Origin: Eledone cirrhosa
Lineage: Eukaryota
Assembly: GCA_964016885.1 (NCBI GenBank)
Contig: OZ024743.1
Span: 248,496,001 to 248,560,000, forward strand
Direction: 5' to 3'
DNA length: 64,000 bases
The translations under genes and the position numbers were made by a program. Position 1 is the first letter of the stretch. Each line of letters opens with the position of its first letter. Below are positions 56,329 through 64,000 of the stretch, piece after piece. The notes beneath the pieces were generated by a model, which ran no database searches, was not told where the DNA came from, and was given only the letters and a program-made list of their open reading frames with translations.

Positions 56329-56386
56329 TATATATATACAGACCCATGCTAGTGTGGAAAATGGACGTTAAACGATGATGACACAT

Positions 56387-56768
56387 GGAGGCACATGGCT
56401 TAGTGGTTAGAGCATTGGCCTTGCAATCGAAAGGTTGTGAATTCAATTCTCAGACCGAGTGATGTGTTGTTTCCTTGAGCAAGACACTTTATTTCACATT
56501 GCTCCAGTCCACTCAGCTGTAGAAATGAGATGATAGGGACTGGGGTCCCTATCATTCCACTGCAAAGTGGTCGTGGAGGTGCCACGGCAAAAAAGCACCC
56601 AGCACACACAGTAAAGTGGATGTGTAGGCACCATGGAAAAAAAGCACCCAGCACTCACTGTAAATGAGGTCGGTGTTAGGAAGGGCATCCAGCTGTATAA
56701 ATCAAGCCAGAATCAGTTCCCGTCCCACCCTTGCAAGCAGGGAAAAGCAGACATTAAATGAAATGATG
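56387..56768 (+). mobile_element. tRNA-CORE-RTE SINE, long variant
   Basis: Same internal duplication as 31438-31828. Confidence 0.9.
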
Positions 56769-59718
56769 CATGCACACAATGATTGAGATTAAAGCATTAA
56801 TGTCAGTGTCAGATATTTGAATATATATATAACCATTGTTAGATAGAATATTAATTCCCCAGTTGGAAATGATAATTTCTATGTCTTGAATATAACATAT
56901 TTTATACTGAGTTTCATATCAAAGTTACAATCAACCATTTATGTCTTTCAGTGCTCCAGGTCTTTCTACAATAAACTAATTCATACTTTTAATTACTTCC
57001 GCCCACAAGTTCCATGGAAGGATCTAACATTTTAGATATTGTTCTTGTTGTTATTAATGTTGTACGCAGGAATGTCAGAAATCAATATTTTACATTCTGA
57101 GTTTAAATTATTTCTGGTTTGTATTTCATCCTTATTGGGGATGGTAAAATAAATACCAATCAATGACTGAGGGGGGGGGGGGGGTGTATTCTACCATCTA
57201 GACCAAGGATCATCAGTTTCTTTTTGTAATGGTCTACTTTTGATTTTTTTAAATTTTGCCTGTGGCCCACATGTATATTATATGGTATGTTGTATTAAAA
57301 AAAAACCATTAAAAAGGTTTGAGACCCACAGAGCCCATTTGTGCACTGTGGCCCACAGGTTGCTAAGTCCTAATCTAGACTATTTCCATTTAAAACTATG
57401 AAAGCACAACAAGAAATGATTATAACATTAGCAGAACCAGGAATATCTAAATGTTTAGCAGTATTTAGTGATATCTCTTTATGTTCAAAGCCCAAGTTCC
57501 ACCAGTATCAACTTTATATTACATAAGTAACATAGAGAGAGTAACCAAAGAGACCTGTCTCAGACAGCACTTTTTATCACTTTTGATGAAAATTGTGTTG
57601 TATTTTTTCATAGGTATGGCAAACTCAAGGACCAACCTAAGCAGTCAGAAACTCTAGATATGCCACTTTCTACTTAATTCAAATATACCCCCCCCCCCAC
57701 CCACCAAAAAGAAATTATATTATACCTAATTCAGGAACAACATTTGGGAATATAGGACCTAAGTGAGAGATAAGTTTCCAGTGAGCTTTGTCCTTGAGCA
57801 GGTTCCAAATCTATTTGTAGCAGTAGTAGTAGCAATAGTTTATTGTACACATATATAATAGAATGGCGTAGTACAATATATTAAAACAGGTTAAAAATTC
57901 AGTACTCAAAACAAATATAGGAGAAACCTCCACCTAGATAGGATCATGGCACTCCAGAACCCTGACCACTTTGTGCTCTAATTAAGATATTCATATCTTG
58001 AGAATGTTTTCAACTATGAGTTAGATCAAATGATCACTTACAAGCAATCATGTAAAACATTACTACCTATTTAATGGCTGGGCCATTGTTAACTAAACCA
58101 GAAACCTCACTTAAGGGTCTCACCCTGATGCATAGGGGTGGATGGACATCTTTACAGGACAAAAAGCAATAGTTGTCTACAAGGACAGATGAAGTCAATA
58201 AGCCATCCATCAAACCCACATTGCTGACTATCTTAGTAACTTGGTTGATTCCCTCAGATGTACTGGCTTCTTGCTTTTCCTCTGATCCAGGTAGACCTGG
58301 GCAAGAGAAGCCCTGTGATAAGTGTGAGGACAACCTAATGTGACTTAAATAGTCCAGGCTAGGATTATTATCATCATTTCATCTTAACCATTGATCCTTT
58401 TTCTCACAGAGTTAAACCGTGGCTAGATGCTCCTGTGTTGTCAGAAATGATTTACATGTGGCATCCTTGTTCTCAATTGTATATGCCAAAATGTTCATAT
58501 CAGTTCAGAGGCAAGAAGGACAATATTTTTATTTAAATACATGCACAATTATAATCCACAGTCTGATAATGATAAGGTCTTTTGTTGACACTTTACTTGA
58601 TGCCAACTACCTACCCTGAGTAATTTCAGCATGCCTGATTACATATACATCCACTCACACTGAATACACACTATATATTAATACACAAACACACTTGCAT
58701 ACAATATACACTCAAATATACCATGCAGTCATAGTTACACACAAACATATAGATATCATTTGAATTGTTATTAAATGATATACTATCAAGTCCAACATAG
58801 TGGAGATCTGATAAAAGACATCTAACAACATGCAAATGTATGGAATGAACAGTGAAAAATGGAGCCAAGCAAATAGATGTATTTCTTTGACAAGAGAGAG
58901 AGATAGAGCAAGAGAAATTCAGAAAGGGGCATAAATTGAGAAAACAGAATGGGTAGAAGACAAAGAAAAGAAACAAGAGTTGACGGGTGGGCATCGAGGG
59001 TGGTGAGAAAGAATAGCAAAGTGGTAGAAGTAGTACACAAAAGTAGTACTTTCATAATATTAAAGGAGTGATCAAAAGATAAGACCAGGTGGGGGAGATA
59101 GAGGGAGGTAGTGCACATGCAACAAAATAGATGGAAATAGATAAGAGGAGAGAGAGAAAGCATATATGTTGTGTGTGTGTCAGAGACAAGCAGACATGGA
59201 TACAGACAGAAATATTCGTTTATGAGATCCGGTGATAAAATTATGTCACAACAAAATTTTAAAATATATGATTGCAACTCTGGCTCCATGTCCAACTTTA
59301 TCTTTGTTCATAAACATAACACACACAGGACTGAAACACTAATATTAAGGTCAATTAGGCAGTTGCCATGGGCACAGACCTCAGAGAGTCACATTACTCA
59401 ACCTTAAAGGATCACAGTTGTATACAAATTTGCATAATTAACTTATACAAAATAATAATTTCCAATGATCAATAAATAAATCACTAAACATCTTTGTTGC
59501 ATAGCAGCATTAGGGAAATATCCAATGTGGTGGAGAGAGTTTTATGATGTTATGACTTGTCATATAATTCAGGGTGAGTGAGTGAGGATTATATAGTGGA
59601 AAATGTAGGCTTAGTAATTTTCGTAGTGTGGTCAGAGCAAGAAATATAAAAAAATTAGGTTTATTGGCTGTAAGTTATTATATTTAGGAGAACGCAACAC
59701 ACTGCACAGCAAGTTTAA

Positions 59719-59903
59719 CCCTTTAGCATTTAGATTGGCCATATCCGGCCAGAATTCTTTCACCTCTTTCTGTTCAAACCAGCCATAACTGGCTGCTCAT
59801 ACTTATGCTAAGGTATTGTTCTCAAAATAAATAATATCAAAATCTTATAGATTTTACTATGAAAATACAATAGCAAATATAGAGTAATGTAAATGCTAAA
59901 GAG
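59719..59903. mobile_element. piggyBac-type MITE
   Basis: TTAA flanks and TIRs. Confidence 0.85.
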
Positions 59904-60114
59904 TTAAGGTCCCAAATACCCAGATGCCAGCCATGCATACACAAATGTATATATTAATGCACACATACACACACAGACACATATAGAATGTTATATATAT
60001 TTTAGTTGACAGGTACTTTAGTTTTGCTAAGCCAATGGCTAATTCAATTTGTGTACCAGTTTTATTTTTTATCTGTTATTATAATTACAGCATTTATTAT
60101 AATCATTATTAGGG

Positions 60115-60330
60115 CATTTGATTGGCAGTATCGGTAGAACGTCGGACACCATGCTTTGCAGCATAGAGTTACGGTCCTTTATGGTCTGAGTTCAAATCCC
60201 ACCGAGGATAGCTTTGCCTTTCCTCCTTACGGAGTCGATAAAATAAAGCACCAGTAATACACTGGGGTCAATTTAATCGACTTTCGCCGCTCCACAAATT
60301 ACTGGCCTTGTGCCTATAGTAGAAATGATT
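60115..60330 (+). mobile_element. Meta-domain-type tRNA SINE, near complete
   Basis: tggcag..tcggtag A-box-like, gagttcaaatcc B box, ctttgcctttc..cggagtcgataaaa..accagt Meta-like body. Confidence 0.75.
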
Positions 60331-60429
60331 ACTATCATCATTATTTTTATTACTTAATTTATTTGAATACTCAGTTGACTTAATAAGTGTTTGACTTTGC
60401 TATAGATAGACGGAATGGAGCTGTATTTC

Positions 60430-60630
60430 ATCATCATCATCATTTTACGCCTGCTTTTCCCTGCTTGCAAGGACTGGACGGGTTCTATTCAGCACAGCAT
60501 CTCTCCATTCGTCACGGTCCTTCATCATCTTGAGCTTCAGTGATTTGAGATCATCTCTCACCACCTCCGTCCATGTTTTTTATGGTTTTCCTTCTACTGG
60601 AATTTCTTGGCATTTCTTTACCCAGCGGTC
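60430..60630 (-). mobile_element. RTE-A 3' end fragment
   Basis: Close match by eye to 1590-1820. Confidence 0.85.
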
Positions 60631-60739
60631 GTATTTATGTTTCTCAAATAAATCCAATATTGATAGAAAGATGAACTGCTTGTTAAAGGATTTTTCTTGA
60701 ATAAATACTAGGACAGAAATATATCGAAAGGTGGTTGTA

Positions 60740-61035
60740 CTCAAGCCATGACAAAAAAGCACCCAGTCCACCCTGTAAGGAGGTTGTGGTGGTGCCACCA
60801 ATGAAAAGCACCCAGTCCACCCTGAAAAGTAGTAGTGGTGGTGCCACAAGAAAAGCTCTCAGTACATGCCGTAATGTAGTTAGCATTAGGAAGGGCATCT
60901 CACCATAGAAAACCAAGCTAATAACAGATCTATATGAGCAAGACATGGTCACCTGACCTAGCTAGCCTCATAACATGACAACTCATCTAACCCATGTAAG
61001 CATGGAAAATAGACATTAAATGGTGATGATGATGA
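60740..61035 (+). mobile_element. Bipartite RTE-derived non-autonomous fragment
   Basis: aaagcacccagt repeats, aggaagggcatc, gcatggaaaatagacattaaat and (GAT)n tail. Confidence 0.65.
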
Positions 61036-61239
61036 ATATTTCACCATGTATGTAATAACTAATGGTAACTAATGGTAATTCTTTTGTTCACTCATAGTTG
61101 GAAAACAATTAAAAAACAACCTGTTTGCAAAGTCTTATAAAATTATAGTTTCCTTTTCTAATCCACATGGTTTCACTAGACATAAAAGCATTTTCAACCT
61201 GACCTGCTGCCAAACACTTTGCCAGCCTTTGCTCTAGAG

Positions 61240-61628
61240 CAGAGGTTTCCAAACTGTATGTTGTGACCCTTTAATGTGTCACCAATTATCTCAAAGTGTA
61301 AGGTGAAACTTTAGTATGTCATCAATAACCTCTAGGTGTGTTGTGACGCCTTAGTGTATTACTGGGAATATCTAGGTGTGTCACGAAATTAAGTCAAATG
61401 CAATCAATTTTTACAAGTATTTGGTGGCAAAGTATATTTGAAATATGACAACTCTACAACTTTGCATACAGTTAAAAACATTACTAGTGACTCATGATAT
61501 ATTTAATTCTTTATTCATTTTGTAAATTCCATGTTGCCAAAAAAGAAGAAAAAAATGTGTTTATATACCAGAAGAAACTTTTTAAATTAAAAAGTTTGTT
61601 GCTAATGTGAAAAGTTTAGAAAGCTCTA
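61240..61628. mobile_element. hAT-Charlie-type MITE, decayed
   Basis: Termini cagaggtttccaaact / agtttagaaagctcta; flanks ctctagag / ctatacag (6 of 8 match, TCTAGA-type target). Confidence 0.55.
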
Positions 61629-62945
61629 CTATACAGTTTTAGATACCAATAAAAGTTAAGATATATTTATGTAAAGGTATTTAGTGTATTTAGCAAAATT
61701 TGAGCTATAGAAACCACATTCGTCATTTGGCAGTTCTTATACAATTAGATTTCATTATCAGTTTTCATACTGTTAATGCAACATATATCATGGCCATTAT
61801 GAGAAACTTAACAGGTTTATGTTTCTATTTCTACACTATGCAGTCTTACAACTAATTAAGTTTCTGATCAGAATCTGAAGCTCTTTCAGATTCTGACAAC
61901 ATTGATTGTTATCATCAATATTCTGTTTTGTTTTTGTTTTCTTGTAAAAATATTATCATTATTAGAGTACTGAGGAGAGCAGTGGATTAACAAAATCTTT
62001 AGAGCATTGGGCAAAATGCTTTTAGTTAAAGATCATTATGTTCTAGGTTCAATTCCTGTCAGGGTCAGATCTGCTTTTTATTCTTCTGATAAAATACCTA
62101 ACATACTTGAATATAAAGCCAACCCTCCTATTTTATGTCTGAGAATTGGGCAAAAATCTAAACCCAATTTATAAGCCATGGCAGCTAAACAGTACATTGT
62201 TTAGATGGTGTATACAAACCAATTTTACCATCAACTTTTTTTGGTCACATATTCCTCAGCTTATATTCAAGTATATATGGTAAGTACAAATCAAATATTG
62301 GAGTCAATAAAATCAATTTTTCTTCACTTTAAAATTTCTAGACTTGTGTCTAATGAAGAAATTATTATTAGAATACCGAGGAATGCAGTGAATTGGTAGA
62401 CATGTTATATCATGGAAAAATGCCTTGCAGTATTTAGTTACAGTCCTTTAAATTCTCATTTCAAATCCTGTCAGAGTCAGTTTTGTCTTTTATTCTAGTA
62501 ATGTTAAAAAATAAGTAAGGGGTCAATATAATCAATTTTAACCCTCCATAAAAGTTTCTAGTTTTGTGTCTATGTTAGAAATTATTACTAGTTAACAGAG
62601 GAAGAAGATGGATTAGTAGATACATTATAGCATGGTGCTTTATATTTGGACTTCAAATCCCAATGAAATTTATTTCATTTTTAATTCTTCTGCAATTGAT
62701 AAAATATGTACCAATCAAGAACTGTGATTGATACAATAGAATACTTCCCATACCCCCCAAAACATGTGGCCTTGTGTCAAAGTTAGAAATGATTATCTGA
62801 ATACCAAGGGTTATGCAGTGACATAAATAGTGGAGTAACAGGGAGGGATGCATTTGAATATTTAGTTTTGTCCTATCTTACAAGTTCAACTATCACCAGA
62901 GTTTTTCTGGTACAAATAACTAATGGGGCCAGATGGTGGTATTAA

Positions 62946-63164
62946 CCCTTTAGCATTTACATTACTCTATGTTTTCTATAATATTTTCACGGTAAACACT
63001 TTATCTCACATAGTTATTTTACATAATATCAAATCTGAGATTTCGATATTATTTATTTTAAAAACAATACCTTAACGTCAGTATGAGCGGCCAGTTACAG
63101 TTAGTTTGAATAGAAAGAGGTGAGAGAATTCTGGCCGGATATGACCGGTTTAAATGGTAAAGGG
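62946..63164. mobile_element. piggyBac-type MITE
   Basis: TTAA|CCCTTTAGCATT...AATGGTAAAGGG|TTAA. Confidence 0.88.
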
Positions 63165-64000
63165 TTAAATCAAAATTTTTCAACATAATTTGATATAAGA
63201 ACTATATATGTTCAGTTACTATCCTAGTAAAGAAATAATTAATAATATTAGCAAATTCCTAAAAATTCTTCATTAGAAATACAGTCACAAAAGAGTTAAA
63301 AGAATTTAAATCCCCTACATTCCATAGAAAGATATATATTTACCATGTTTGGCCTCTCTCTTAAAAATGTCTAAAAATCATTATTAGAAATTAAAATACA
63401 TGAAATTCATTATCGGAAATGCAACACATTGAAATGTTCAAAGGAAATAATTGTTCGCTATGTGATAATTAGATAACTATAAAATAAATACAACATATAA
63501 TCTGCAACATATTAATTAGTTCTGATTTTTTAAACACACAAACACACGCAAACTCTCACACATGGATTAACACTCACACACAAATGCATGTACAAACACA
63601 CACACACAAACACGTGTTATTATTAACAATATTAAATCTGAGGTCTCATAGAAATCAATAATTTTATTAATTAGTGATCAAAAGTGTGTTTGTACTATTT
63701 CCTTTATATGGCTTTTGAATGGGTTTTAGAGTTGTTGTTTTTTTTAATGGCTGAGAAAATGTCTGTAAATATCTAATTAAATGTTGAACTCTAGAGAGAG
63801 AAAAAATTAGAAGTCACCAATCTGCTATAAAAATATGCAGTTTGCCTGACTTTAAATATTCAGCTATTACATTCTCTGAATAATAAATTCCACCAATGAA
63901 GAATCGTGTTCCTTCCAATAGTATACAGCACTCGTTACTAAAACTAAAATGAGAGAACCTCTATATAATCACTATCTGCTAGAATTAACAACCAAATTTC

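Overview
AT-rich, repeat-dominated animal genomic DNA. The tRNA-CORE and Meta-type SINEs, RTE LINEs with (GAT)n tails and very long (TA)n tracts point to a cephalopod (Octopus-like) genome; this is inference from the repeat repertoire. I found no host protein-coding exon I can support. Non-LTR retroelements: one apparently intact RTE LINE (1022-aa APE-RT ORF with an inserted PHD-type C4HC3 finger), two 5'-truncated copies of a second RTE family, CR1-like fragments, a near full-length frameshifted L1/Tx1 element, a CRE-clade restriction-like endonuclease fragment and Penelope-like (PLE) RT fragments. Also present: an internally deleted Gypsy element with TSD, a mariner relic, piggyBac/Tc1/hAT MITEs, many SINEs and a 6.6 kb (TA)n array. 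The most notable signal outside the ORF track is a set of minimal type I hammerhead ribozyme motifs, read by eye, from about six unrelated sequence families. All lie in short inserts near TA tracts, most have a palindromic stem III (dimer-type), and one has a U3-A8 compensatory core. A second theme is recurrent inverted duplication nucleated on (TA)n tracts. All folds and alignments are manual and untested.
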